DNA from: an uncultured Aliarcobacter sp.
Lineage (GTDB): Bacteria; Campylobacterota; Campylobacteria; Campylobacterales; Arcobacteraceae
Direction: 5' to 3'
NCBI GenBank assembly: GCA_965657055.1
Contig: CBFHMY010000002.1
Span: 274 to 64,273, forward strand
Length of the DNA: 64,000 bases
How positions within the stretch are numbered: the stretch's first letter is position 1; each line of letters starts with the position of its first letter. The position numbers and the translations under genes were made by a program. Shown here piece by piece: positions 53,936 through 63,901 of the stretch. A model generated the notes under the pieces. It had not been told where the DNA came from. It saw nothing but the letters and a program-made list of their open reading frames with translations, and searched no databases.

Positions 53936-56593
53936 TTATTTAATACTTGGACTTATACTTTTCCAATCTTCCCTTAATGTTTTATTTAAAGTAAATTTAT
54001 CTTTAGAACTTGCAATTTCATTATATTCATAAGGAGTTACAATTACAATTCCACCTTTTAATATACTAGTAAAAGTATTTGATTCAATTTTTGAACCAGA
54101 AAAAATTGAAAACTTCATTTCAAAACCACTAATATCATAGAATTCAGAATTTTTTCTAACAAATTTTTTATATTTATCTTCAATTAAACAATCAACAATA
54201 ACCTTTGACCCATCATCATTTAAATCTACCTTACTAACTTTTCCTATTTTTACATTTTTATAATAAACAGGCGCATCAACATTTACACTTGATGCAGTAC
54301 TATCTTCTATTTTAAAGACTGTACCAAATTGAGATTTTTCAACAGAAGGTTGATCATTTAATCCTTCAAATTTTCTTTGAACATTTGAATTTGTACTTTT
54401 AATTACACCTATATTCACAGCCATTACAGTAGATCCTACATTTGCAATTTCTTGTAGCGAAATTCTTGGTTTTTTTAAATAATAAATTGTTCCTTCTTTT
54501 GCAAAAGAGTTATAGTCATCATAAAGTATTGCTTTTACTTCAACTTTTTGATCTTTATTTAGTGATATTTTTGTAACTTTTCCTACATTTACACCCTTAT
54601 ATGTAAGTTGTGAGAAATTTTCTTGAACACCTTCCACATCATCAAAAAGAATATTTATACTATTTGATGAGTTTTTCATAGCATCTTCACTAGAGAAAAC
54701 TTCATAATTATCATAAGTTATAGGAGAATTTGTATCAAGATGAATTGAACCTTCTAAAAGAGAAGTAAAATTATCAACTTCGAATAAAACACCACTTAAA
54801 CTAGCTTTTAAATTTACAATTCCTTTTTTATAAAACCTACTCTTTTTGGTAATATATTTCTGAAATGGAGTATAGATAAATAATTTGACAGTTGATCTTC
54901 TATCATCAAAATCTATATCTTTAACAAATCCTATTTCTTGATTTTTATAAATTATTGCCATATTAGGTTTTATTTCGAAATCATTATCAAAAAAGGCATC
55001 TATTGTAATTCCAGTGTTATATACTTTTTTTAATTTTTCAACATCTTTGAATGAACTATAAAGTTTAAAATCTTTTTTTGTTAATTTTTCATTTCTTTTT
55101 TCTCCAACAATTCCAATAGCTCCGTTTAATAAAGGTTCTACTCCACTGTAGTTAATATTTAAATCTAAAGCTTTCATTTCTACTAATTTCGAACTCATAT
55201 CATAAAAAAGTATATGGTCATTTATTAAATCTTTATATTGATCATCAATAGAAACCACAATTTTTACTTTCTGTAAATTTGAAGTTAAACTATAACTATC
55301 AACTTTTCCCACTTCAATATTTTTATAATAAATTTTTGATTTCTCACTAATAGAGTTTAGGCTATCACTATAAAGCTCTAATCTAATTGATGAGTTACTT
55401 TTATTTATATCTTTTTTATCAATAGCTTTAAAAATATTGTTAAATGTTCCTTCTTTATAAACTAAAGATACAAAATTTCCTTTTACAATATTTCCAAGAT
55501 TTTCAACTCCTCCAATAGAAACACTTGGCTCTTCAACAAAGAACTTAGTATTATTAGTAAGTAAATATTTATAATCATCATAAACATAAGCTTTTGTTTG
55601 TAAAATTTCATTTTGTAAAGCTACACTTAGTATTCGCCCTATTTCAATACCTTTATAAATAATTGCACTATTTTCCTCTATTCCATTTGCTTTTTCAAAG
55701 TTAATATGAAAATACTCTTTTTTTCGTAAATCATCCTTTTTCGCAAAAAGCGTATAAACTTCTTCTTTTTCTATTTTCTTTGCATCTTTATTTGGTGTAA
55801 CAACTGTAACTCCACCTACTAATGCTGAATATAAAGACCCAACTTCAATATTTAATCCGCTTGCTCCATAATTTACTTTTAATGCTTCATTTATAACAAA
55901 TTTTGAACTTTGATTTACTAAATAGTTGAATTTATCATATATATATGCACTTAAAAAAACTTTTTCATATTTAAATTCTTTTGAAATAATCTCACCAATT
56001 TGGAATTTATTATAAAAAATAGGAGTTCCAATTTCAACATTATCTTTATCATTTGCAATTAAGGATATATAATATCCATTATCTTCATATTCATCATTTG
56101 GCTGAGTATCTAATCCTTCAAAATATAGCTGTTCATTACTTTTATTATAATCTTCTTCTGTTTTAAATTTTGGAGATAATTCTATTTTATGTCCAGAAAT
56201 TAATGTACTTAGTCCCGAGATTTTTGTTAAAGATATTGTTGGTTTTCTTATCCAAAATTGTGAACTTTCATTAGCAACATATTTAGCAACTTCTTTTTTT
56301 ACAAGAATATTTACCTTTACACTTTTTAAATCTTCATGCATACTAATTTCTGTAACTTTTCCAAGTTGTAATCCTTTATATTCTAAAGGAGTAACACCCT
56401 CTTTTAGACCTTCTGCACTTTTGAAAATAACAGTGATATTTGTACCTTTTTTCATATAAGATTCATAAGCAATCCAACCTAAAACTCCCAATATAATTAA
56501 AGGTAAAACCCATATAAAAGATACTGCTTTTTTTTGTTCTATTTTTGGTTTATAAACTACTTGTTCTATCTCTTGTTTTACTATTTCACTCAT
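53936..56593 (-). CDS. LetB/YebT-like intermembrane transport protein with seven MCE domains (PqiB family)
   Basis: N-terminal TM, then seven repeats each containing a Y-K/N-x-x-x-I/V-G-x-V/I core (EYKGLQLGKV, FYNKFQIGEI, IYKGIEIGRI, YYKNIEVGKV, IYKNQEIGFV, TYKGVNVGKV, YYKNVKIGKV). Start taken at ATG 56593, overlapping the upstream gene by 8 nt. Confidence 0.8.
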   Translation of the reverse strand: MSEIVKQEIEQVVYKPKIEQKKAVSFIWVLPLIILGVLGWIAYESYMKKGTNITVIFKSAEGLKEGVTPLEYKGLQLGKVTEISMHEDLKSVKVNILVKKEVAKYVANESSQFWIRKPTISLTKISGLSTLISGHKIELSPKFKTEEDYNKSNEQLYFEGLDTQPNDEYEDNGYYISLIANDKDNVEIGTPIFYNKFQIGEIISKEFKYEKVFLSAYIYDKFNYLVNQSSKFVINEALKVNYGASGLNIEVGSLYSALVGGVTVVTPNKDAKKIEKEEVYTLFAKKDDLRKKEYFHINFEKANGIEENSAIIYKGIEIGRILSVALQNEILQTKAYVYDDYKYLLTNNTKFFVEEPSVSIGGVENLGNIVKGNFVSLVYKEGTFNNIFKAIDKKDINKSNSSIRLELYSDSLNSISEKSKIYYKNIEVGKVDSYSLTSNLQKVKIVVSIDDQYKDLINDHILFYDMSSKLVEMKALDLNINYSGVEPLLNGAIGIVGEKRNEKLTKKDFKLYSSFKDVEKLKKVYNTGITIDAFFDNDFEIKPNMAIIYKNQEIGFVKDIDFDDRRSTVKLFIYTPFQKYITKKSRFYKKGIVNLKASLSGVLFEVDNFTSLLEGSIHLDTNSPITYDNYEVFSSEDAMKNSSNSINILFDDVEGVQENFSQLTYKGVNVGKVTKISLNKDQKVEVKAILYDDYNSFAKEGTIYYLKKPRISLQEIANVGSTVMAVNIGVIKSTNSNVQRKFEGLNDQPSVEKSQFGTVFKIEDSTASSVNVDAPVYYKNVKIGKVSKVDLNDDGSKVIVDCLIEDKYKKFVRKNSEFYDISGFEMKFSIFSGSKIESNTFTSILKGGIVIVTPYEYNEIASSKDKFTLNKTLREDWKSISPSIK

Positions 56594-57167
56594 CCCAAAT
56601 AATCCTTGTGTCAAATCTATGCGCTGCTATCATTGTTAATACTACCATCAAAGCAAAAGAGGTTGCAGCAATTCCTCCTTTGATATTAAATATCTCATCT
56701 AACTGTATAACCGAAGCTAAAATTGCAACAACATAAATATCAATCATTGACCATTTTCCAATGGCTTCAATAAATTTAAAAATTATAACTTTTGTTTTAT
56801 TTTCCATTTTTATATTTATTTTTAATGATATAAAAATAAAAAGCAATCCTGCTAACTTTATAATAGGTATTACAACACTAGCTGCAAATACCACAAAGGC
56901 TATAAAGTAACTTTTATACTCTAAAAAACTAATAACACCTTCTAAAATAGTACTTTCAACTTTAACTCCAAGCTTAGTAACTTCCATCATAGGATAAAGC
57001 ATTGCTGGAATATATAATAAAATTGCACAGATAGTAAGTGCTATTGATGTTTGTAAAGAATAAGAAATTCTACGCTTAACTTTATGTTTACACCTTGTGC
57101 AAACAAATTCATCATAATTTTCTTTTTCATACATTTTATGACAATTTTTGCAAGATATTAAAACCAT
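56586..57167 (-). CDS. pqiA: PqiA/LetA-family membrane protein, second half-module
   Basis: N-terminal zinc ribbon CKNC...CTRC, then 4 TM helices. Confidence 0.8.
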   Translation of the reverse strand: MVLISCKNCHKMYEKENYDEFVCTRCKHKVKRRISYSLQTSIALTICAILLYIPAMLYPMMEVTKLGVKVESTILEGVISFLEYKSYFIAFVVFAASVVIPIIKLAGLLFIFISLKINIKMENKTKVIIFKFIEAIGKWSMIDIYVVAILASVIQLDEIFNIKGGIAATSFALMVVLTMIAAHRFDTRIIWDE

Positions 57168-57764
57168 CTATTCTCCAAAAACACTTTTCCCCTCAAATCG
57201 TTTATTAGACATATAAAAACAAAAAACATATGCTAACATAACATAAAAACCTACATCAAATTTTGTTGAATTTATCAATCCAATAAGTTTAATATACGTT
57301 ACAATTATACTAACTACAAAAACTTCTATAAATCCCCAATGTTGAAAGAAATGAAAACTATCATGAAGTAAAGTTCGTGTAAAAAATTTAATCTTTGTTT
57401 TTGATTGTATAAATGAAAATATTATTACAAGAGAATTCAAAATTGGAGCTACAATAATTGTAAAGAATACAATTAAAGCTACAAAAAAGAAGTTTTGCTC
57501 AAGTAAGATAGATACTGTGCCAATCAATGAAGCTTTCAATTCCGTATCATTTATATTTAATGACATAATTGGATAAATATTCAATACTCCAAATAAAAGA
57601 AGTGATGAAATAGCAAAATATAAAGAATCTTTTGAATGTTTTTTATTTCCAGCTAATTTTGTATTACATCTAGGGCATCGTTGTACTAAATTTGTTTTTA
57701 ATTCTTTTTTTATAAATAAGCCACAACTATAGCACTCTACAATTGTATTTATATTTTTATGCAT
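57168..57764 (-). CDS. pqiA: PqiA/LetA-family membrane protein, first half-module
   Basis: N-terminal zinc ribbon CYSC...CPRC, then 4 TM helices. Its TAG stop is directly followed in frame by the ATG of the second half. Confidence 0.8.
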   Translation of the reverse strand: MHKNINTIVECYSCGLFIKKELKTNLVQRCPRCNTKLAGNKKHSKDSLYFAISSLLLFGVLNIYPIMSLNINDTELKASLIGTVSILLEQNFFFVALIVFFTIIVAPILNSLVIIFSFIQSKTKIKFFTRTLLHDSFHFFQHWGFIEVFVVSIIVTYIKLIGLINSTKFDVGFYVMLAYVFCFYMSNKRFEGKSVFGE

Positions 57765-57904
57765 TAAAATCCTAATTTAAAAAATCTCGGCATTCTACCA
57801 CACTTAATATTCTTTAAGTACAAAAAGTGTTTAAAATCTAATATATTGTATTATGTTATCTGCAAATATGCAAATCAATACTATATTTTAAAAGGTTAAT
57901 AAAA

Positions 57905-58336
57905 ATGCAATTTACTATAACACAAGGACAATTAGGTACTAGACCTCCTGTTGTAAAGCCAGATCCAAAGGTTTTAGAATTTTTAGGAGAAGCAGGAATG
58001 AGAAAATTAGTTTCTGATCACTATGATTTATTGAGACAAAGTAATATCAAAGGATTATTTCCACCAAGTGATGCAGGATTTGAATTAGCAAAACAACACT
58101 CTGCTGATTTTTTTATTCAAATTTGTGGAGGACATCCATATTTTAATGAAAATAGAGGAGCTCCTATGATGGCTGCACGTCACCAACCATTTGCAATTAC
58201 ACAAGAAGCTAGAAGAATATGGTTAGAATCATATATTTTAGTTTTAAAACCACTCGATATGCCAGATGATTTAAAACAATCATTTTGGAACTACTTAGAT
58301 ATATTCTCAATTTGGATGATGAATACTAACGATTAG
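57905..58336 (+). CDS. truncated-hemoglobin-like (bacterial-like globin family) protein
   Basis: FFIQICGGHPYFNENRGAPMMAARHQPFAITQEARRIWL follows the GG..Y....G.p.m...H..F.I......WL pattern of group II/III truncated globins. Confidence 0.5.
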   Translation: MQFTITQGQLGTRPPVVKPDPKVLEFLGEAGMRKLVSDHYDLLRQSNIKGLFPPSDAGFELAKQHSADFFIQICGGHPYFNENRGAPMMAARHQPFAITQEARRIWLESYILVLKPLDMPDDLKQSFWNYLDIFSIWMMNTND

Positions 58337-58345
58337 TTTTTATGA

Positions 58346-58375
58346 AAAATTGCTAGAAAAAATTCTAGCAATTTT
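58346..58375. terminator. bidirectional hairpin terminator between convergent genes
   Basis: 13-bp perfect stem AAAATTGCTAGAA / TTCTAGCAATTTT with an AAAA loop. Confidence 0.75.
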
Positions 58376-58394
58376 CTAAGTTTAATAAAATATC

Positions 58395-58625
58395 TTATTT
58401 TTTACTTGTTGAAATACCTGGTTGTTCAGGTGTTCCTACATAATCATCCGGTAAAGATGTTGTTTTAAAATAAGCAATTACGGCCCCTACAACCAAACAA
58501 AAAATTACAATTAATCTAACTGTATTTCTTTTTTGTTTTGATTCATTTCCATTATAATCATCTATTTTATCTAAACTTGGTTCATTATTAAAATCACTCA
58601 TAATTTGCTCCTTTATATTTTTCAT
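58395..58625 (-). CDS. small single-TM membrane protein
   Basis: 76 aa with one hydrophobic helix LIVIFCLVVGAVIAYF. GGAG-like SD. Confidence 0.45.
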   Translation of the reverse strand: MKNIKEQIMSDFNNEPSLDKIDDYNGNESKQKRNTVRLIVIFCLVVGAVIAYFKTTSLPDDYVGTPEQPGISTSKK

Positions 58626-58669
58626 AAGTATAGCTAATAATTTCTTATATTAATAATTATAATATAAAC

Positions 58670-61600
58670 TTATATTAAAGAGACCATTAATTGATTTACA
58701 GTAATTGTAATATCTTTAATATCTTTATTCTCTTTAGCCATAAAAATATCTAAATGATCTCTAATTTTATAAAATTTTTCTTTTTCATTTGCTATAAAAT
58801 TTCCAAAAGCTATATTAGGTGCTTCATTAACTCTTTGGAATTCCAAAATCTTTTTGGTGTAATGAACAACAATATATTCAATAAATTGTAACACTTGATT
58901 TTTTAAAGTCACATCACTTGGATTTAGAACTTTGATTTTATTTAAAGCAACTATAATATCTAAGATATTAAACTCATGAATTAAAGAATAAAATAATACT
59001 ATTACATCTTTAAATGAATGAGGTGTATTCTCTTTTACAATAATAGCTGCAATTGCAAATCTTAGATAATCTATAACACTATAGAATTTATTAAAGTCAT
59101 CGTCATCTTTGATTATAATTTCAACTTTTTCATTATGAACTTCAGATAATAAAGCAAATAATTCAGCCTTATGATCTAAAATATGCACAGAATCTAATTG
59201 ATTCTTTTGAAGATATTTTACCATCCATTTTGTACTTGCATATAAAATATATTCTAGTTTACTTATTAATTTATACTGTTTCTCAACAGGCATAATTGCA
59301 TCTTGAGCATATATTTTTTCTCTAATTTCTCTTGATCCAAACAATAATTTTACGACTAAATATGATTTTATCTTTAATAAAAATTTATCATTTCCAAGTT
59401 TTTTATAATCTGAAATAAAAGTAATACCTTGATTATTTATTACAATATCAGCCATCATTGTTGCTATTATTTCTCTTTTTAAAGGATGATGTATAATTTG
59501 TTGTTCATAAGCACCAACAAATGATTTTGGGAAATATCTAAATAAATATTGTTGAGAAAAAACTTCATCTATAAGTGTTGAGTTTAGTAATATTTTTTTA
59601 AGAAAAATCTTACTATATGAAAGTAACGAACCTAAAACTGGTCTTACAATAGAATCATTTATATCAACAATATCACTTAAATTTTCATTTTTAGGAATAT
59701 AAAAATCTCTTCTGTTAAAAGCATCTACTTCACTTTCTAAAATTTGTATTGCTTTTATATAATCATTTGGATATTTTCTTGAAAATTGTTCATCAATAGA
59801 TATTATACAAGCTTGATCATAATTATTTTGAAGTACTAAATCAACAACAGATTGAGTAAGAGCTTGTAAAGTATCTCTTGTTTGTTGCTCACTTAAGATA
59901 CCTTGATTTTTTATTATATTTAATATAATTTTCAAATTAACCTCATGATCTGAAGTATTAACACCTGCTGCATTATCAATGGCATCTTGATTTATTCTTC
60001 CACCCTTTAAAGCAAATTCTATTCTAGCTTTTTGTGTAAATCCTAAATTTCCACCTTCACATACTATTTTTGCTTTTAATTCACTTGCATCAACTCTAAC
60101 AGCTTCATTTTGTTTATCACCTAAATCAAGATTATTTTCATCACTTGCTTTTACGTAGGTTCCCACTCCACCATTAAATAATAAGTCCACATCAAGGGTT
60201 AAAAGTTTTTTACATAACTCTTCACCTGAAATTGTTTTTTTAGTACATTTTATGAGTTTTTGAATTTCAGGGCTTAACTCTATTTGTTTATCATTTCGTT
60301 TAAAAATCCCTCCACCCTTTGAAATTAGTTTAATATCATAGTTTTCCCAACCACCTTTTTGTGATTCAAAAAGTCTTTTTCTCTCCATATATGATTTTTC
60401 AATATCAGGCCTTGGATCAATAAATATTTCCCTTTGAGAAATGGCTGCTAGAAGTTTGAATTTTTTCGATTCCATCATTCCATTTCCAAAAACATCCCCA
60501 CTCATAGAACCAATTCCTACAATAGAAATTTCTTCTTTATGAATATCAATACCCTCTTCAATAAAAAATCTTTGAGTTGATACCATTGCACCTCGAGCAG
60601 TTATTCCTAAATCCTTATGACCAAAACCATTACTTCCACCACTTGCAAATGCATCACCCAACCAAAACTCTCTTTGCTTAGCAATACTGTTTGCAATATC
60701 ACTCATAGATGCAGTTCCCTTATCAGCAGCAACTACAAAATAAGCATCATCTTCATCATAACAAACAACATCAGGATTTTTTACAATTTTTCCATCAATC
60801 ATATTATCAACTAAATCTAAATTTGCATTAATAAATAAAGAATAAATTTGCGTAAAAAACTCTTTTGAAATTTCACTTGAATCTTTGTTTATTACAAATC
60901 CACCCTTAGCACCATCAGGAATAATAATAGAGTTTTTACCCTCTTGCGTAATCATTAAAGATTTTACCTCTTGTCGATAGTCATCATGTCTATCAGACCA
61001 TCGTAGCCCTCCCCTTGAAATCTTTGTCATTCGTAAATGAACACCATAGAAATCCCTATGATAAATAAAATTTTCAAGGTTTGGTTGTAAACCTTTTAAA
61101 TCTTTTCCAAAGTTTTTTGTATCAATTTTAAAAGAGATAGTTTCTTTATTTAAAAAATAGTTTGTTCTTAAAAGTGATTTTAAAAATTGTAATGTTAAAT
61201 TTAAAATTTTATCATCAAGTATTTGTGGTACTAGTTTGATTTTTTGTTTAATATTTTCTTCAATTTTTATTAATTGTTCATTTTTATTTTTAATTTTAGG
61301 GTCAAATTTTGTAAGAAAATATTCAATAAATGAAGCAGTAATTGAATTATGCGTTGTAAATGTATTTAAAATTGCTGCTGAATTAATTGTAAGAACAGCT
61401 TGATCTATATACTCAATAAATGCTCTTAAAATCATAATTTTTCTGAAATTTAAGTTTTGTTCATAAACTAAAGAGAAAGCTTTTGAGTGTTTTACCGTTG
61501 GGTCTTGTAAAGATTGAGTAATTATATTTTCAATATTATCTTTTGCAATATCTAATTTTTTTAAATCAGAAATATTTAAATTAAATCTTGAAACAAAAAT

Positions 61601-61855
61601 CAAATCTTTTTCATGGGCAACATTATAAGTCACCTCATCAATAATCTCAAATCCAATATTATGTAAAAGAGGAGTTATATGAGATAAAAAAAGTTGTTCT
61701 TTTGAAAAAATCTTTACATATTTTAAATTATTATTATCTACTATTTTTGTTACTATTCGATCTTTTAGAACTTTTTGGAAAAATTCTTCATCTACATTTA
61801 AATCATCATTTGTCAAAATTTGAGAACAAATTGCATTAATATCATTAGTAGCCAT
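58670..61855 (-). CDS. large NAD-specific glutamate dehydrogenase (about 1000-aa class)
   Basis: RGGLRWSDR, IIPDGAKGGF, VVAADKGTA, GGSNGFGHKDLGITARGA, GIGSMSGDVFGNGM and NAAGVNTSDHEVN are Bac_GDH-type motifs. Confidence 0.8.
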   Translation of the reverse strand: MATNDINAICSQILTNDDLNVDEEFFQKVLKDRIVTKIVDNNNLKYVKIFSKEQLFLSHITPLLHNIGFEIIDEVTYNVAHEKDLIFVSRFNLNISDLKKLDIAKDNIENIITQSLQDPTVKHSKAFSLVYEQNLNFRKIMILRAFIEYIDQAVLTINSAAILNTFTTHNSITASFIEYFLTKFDPKIKNKNEQLIKIEENIKQKIKLVPQILDDKILNLTLQFLKSLLRTNYFLNKETISFKIDTKNFGKDLKGLQPNLENFIYHRDFYGVHLRMTKISRGGLRWSDRHDDYRQEVKSLMITQEGKNSIIIPDGAKGGFVINKDSSEISKEFFTQIYSLFINANLDLVDNMIDGKIVKNPDVVCYDEDDAYFVVAADKGTASMSDIANSIAKQREFWLGDAFASGGSNGFGHKDLGITARGAMVSTQRFFIEEGIDIHKEEISIVGIGSMSGDVFGNGMMESKKFKLLAAISQREIFIDPRPDIEKSYMERKRLFESQKGGWENYDIKLISKGGGIFKRNDKQIELSPEIQKLIKCTKKTISGEELCKKLLTLDVDLLFNGGVGTYVKASDENNLDLGDKQNEAVRVDASELKAKIVCEGGNLGFTQKARIEFALKGGRINQDAIDNAAGVNTSDHEVNLKIILNIIKNQGILSEQQTRDTLQALTQSVVDLVLQNNYDQACIISIDEQFSRKYPNDYIKAIQILESEVDAFNRRDFYIPKNENLSDIVDINDSIVRPVLGSLLSYSKIFLKKILLNSTLIDEVFSQQYLFRYFPKSFVGAYEQQIIHHPLKREIIATMMADIVINNQGITFISDYKKLGNDKFLLKIKSYLVVKLLFGSREIREKIYAQDAIMPVEKQYKLISKLEYILYASTKWMVKYLQKNQLDSVHILDHKAELFALLSEVHNEKVEIIIKDDDDFNKFYSVIDYLRFAIAAIIVKENTPHSFKDVIVLFYSLIHEFNILDIIVALNKIKVLNPSDVTLKNQVLQFIEYIVVHYTKKILEFQRVNEAPNIAFGNFIANEKEKFYKIRDHLDIFMAKENKDIKDITITVNQLMVSLI

Positions 61856-61951
61856 ATTTAAGTCCTTATAAGAAGTGTTAATTAGAATATACTACTCTTA
61901 ATATCTTAAATAATTGTTAAATAAATGATTATTTATATAGGTGTATTTTTT

Positions 61952-62422
61952 TTAAACAGCCTTTATTTCACATATCTTTGCTTTTAGCAAACTTTGCAAA
62001 TCATTAGGCTTAACTTCAATATCAAGTCCTCTTTTTCCACCACTTATAAAGATGGTTTCAAATTTATTTACACTCTCATCAAGAACTGTTCTTAATAACT
62101 TTTTTTGCCCTAAAGGTGATATTCCACCAAGTAAATATCCTGTTACTTTTTGGGCTTCATCTTTATTTGCCATTACAGCTTTTTTTACACCAAAAGCAGA
62201 TGCCACATCTTTTAAACTCAGCTGACTTGATACAGGTAATACGCAAACTACTAACTCTTTTGGACTTAATTCAACTAATAAAGTTTTATAAACTTGATTT
62301 GCATCTAATCCTAATTTAAAAACTGCTTCATCACCAAAGTCTGTACAAGCAGGATCATGGTCATATTTGTGAATTTTAAAATCACATTTATTTTTTTTTA
62401 GTAAATTAATTGCAGGTGTCAT
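61952..62422 (-). CDS. ybaK: Cys-tRNA(Pro)/Cys-tRNA(Cys) deacylase YbaK
   Basis: 156 aa. TPAINLLKK....[27 protein letters not shown]. Confidence 0.85.
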   Translation of the reverse strand: MTPAINLLKKNKCDFKIHKYDHDPACTDFGDEAVFKLGLDANQVYKTLLVELSPKELVVCVLPVSSQLSLKDVASAFGVKKAVMANKDEAQKVTGYLLGGISPLGQKKLLRTVLDESVNKFETIFISGGKRGLDIEVKPNDLQSLLKAKICEIKAV

Positions 62423-63491
62423 TTAATAAAAACTCCTTTTTTATAATCTCTTCACCATTTATTAAAACCGATATAAAATGCTTTCCTAAATAGTGTTTTC
62501 TTGTGGTCATATTTTTAAAGCTCTGTTTTTTTACAAACTTTTTTGAAGATGATTTTATCTCATTTTGACTTATCATAAAAACTTTTTTATTATGTGTATT
62601 ATTTGATTTCAAATAATCAATAACATATTCAATTCTAATATTTCCTATTTCTTCTAAAGCTATTAATTCAAAAGAAAAATTTAAATCTTCATTTATTTTT
62701 ACATTTAAATCACAAGAAAAATCTTTAATATCCACATGCTTTGATTTATCAAAAGAAAAGAGCTTTAAAATCTCTTTATTGCCTTTTTTAAGTAATGTTC
62801 TACTTGCATGCTTACAAATCCAATCAAGCTCTTTTGAAACCCCAAGATTTATTTTTACAAAATTTATTACTAAATGTGGATTATCTTTTGAAATATCATT
62901 TAAATTATTTGCCACTGATTTTCTAACATATAAACTTTTATCATTTTTTAAAAGTTCAATTATTTCAAATACTTTTCTAGGGTCTTTTTTAAATAAAGGA
63001 AGTGCAATGGCCCAAGGAAGTCTAGGTCTACCACCTTCACTGGCTAATCTTCTTAAATGCTCATTTGAACTTTGAGTCCAAACTTTCATTTGATTCATAG
63101 TCTTATCTTCATATTTTAAAATAAACTGCCTAATTGCAAACTCACTACTAGAATCTTGTGTAAAAACTTCCAAAGCTTTCATAGACTCTTCAAAATCATC
63201 AAGCCCAAAAACCTCAACAAAATCTTGGAAAAACATAGCTTTAAATGAGGAAAACTCTTTTGATACTTCTTTTAAAATTTCAAGTTGTTCTATATAAGGT
63301 AAAGGTAAATATTTATTTAAAGTTATTGCAATATGACGCATACGAGCTTTTAATTCTAAATTTTGCCAAGTATTATCAAAAATAGAGTTAATAAAACCAT
63401 TTTCATCAAACTTTTTATAATTCTCTTTTATTTTAAAAGCTAGATTTTTTATATACTCTTTTGTATATACATTTTTTAGTTGTTCAGCCAT
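62406..63491 (-). CDS. DNA alkylation repair enzyme family (AlkD-like HEAT-repeat) protein with C-terminal extension
   Basis: Helical repeat N-terminal ~230 aa ([45 protein letters not shown]) is typical of the family. The extra ~120 aa C-terminal region is of unknown function. Confidence 0.6.
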   Translation of the reverse strand: MAEQLKNVYTKEYIKNLAFKIKENYKKFDENGFINSIFDNTWQNLELKARMRHIAITLNKYLPLPYIEQLEILKEVSKEFSSFKAMFFQDFVEVFGLDDFEESMKALEVFTQDSSSEFAIRQFILKYEDKTMNQMKVWTQSSNEHLRRLASEGGRPRLPWAIALPLFKKDPRKVFEIIELLKNDKSLYVRKSVANNLNDISKDNPHLVINFVKINLGVSKELDWICKHASRTLLKKGNKEILKLFSFDKSKHVDIKDFSCDLNVKINEDLNFSFELIALEEIGNIRIEYVIDYLKSNNTHNKKVFMISQNEIKSSSKKFVKKQSFKNMTTRKHYLGKHFISVLINGEEIIKKEFLLNDTCN

Positions 63492-63579
63492 ATTTTCTTC
63501 TTTTTAAATTAATTTAGATATTAAATCATTTACACTTATATCTATCTTAGAAAAAGCAAACTATCTTTTGCCAAGATCT

Positions 63580-63657
63580 TTAATACTTGCACCTAACTGA
63601 AATTTTTAGTTCCAATTCACCATCATTATAAACTACTATATTAGATATATTATTCAT
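63580..63657 (-). pseudogene. 25-codon remnant resembling the N-terminus of RhuM/Fic-associated DNA-binding proteins
   Basis: ATG..TAA translation MNNISNIVVYNDGELELKISVRCKY. The ..I.iY.....l.l.V.. pattern is typical of RhuM-family N-termini. The frame then breaks with multiple stops. Confidence 0.3.
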
Positions 63658-63730
63658 AAAATGGATACTTAATATATAACTTGACTAAAGAAATATAATA
63701 TCTAATATGAAAGATAATTAAGTATAGTAA

Positions 63731-63901
63731 AGAGAAATTGAAGAAGAATTAGATGCTATTAGAAATAAATATATTTCTCAAAGTAAACTTCATATTACCG
63801 ATTTAACATCAGAAGAACAAAATAATTTAAGAAATGATATATTTTATTATTTTCAAAACAGACAAATTTATTTTGTTTATGAGGTAATACATGTACAATG
63901 A
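63731..63901 (+). pseudogene. 56-codon open frame without any canonical start (probable gene remnant)
   Basis: REIEEELDAIRNKYISQSKLHITDLTSEEQNNLRNDIFYYFQNRQIYFVYEVIHVQ* is preceded by stops in all frames. There is no ATG/GTG/TTG in frame. Confidence 0.25.

Noticed and set aside
56594-56614. Longer N-terminus (MTQGLFG...) for the LetB-like gene.
   Set aside because: It would overlap the upstream pqiA half by 29 nt. ATG 56593 gives the common short overlap, and the N-terminal TM follows at the usual distance. This is a start choice only and does not affect the call.
1114-63075. Many 60-150-aa ORFs antisense to, or out of frame within, larger genes. Examples: 1114..1446, 1713..1961, 3475..3711, 5178..5402, 8223..8408, 8825..9046, 9724..9951, 12189..12699, 16743..17111, 17748..17996, 27802..27987, 28811..29044, 30594..30839, 31466..31909, 32392..32866, 39146..39610, 40933..41127, 42556..42777, 45575..45886, 46136..46354, 47263..47496, 50514..50795, 51614..51880, 52962..53144, 56545..56736, 60617..60814, 62116..62319, 62779..63075.
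   Set aside because: Each is nested in a longer ORF with clear family motifs on the other strand or frame. Their translations are low-complexity (F/L/I/K/S-rich), as expected for antisense reading of AT-rich coding DNA. None has a convincing SD.
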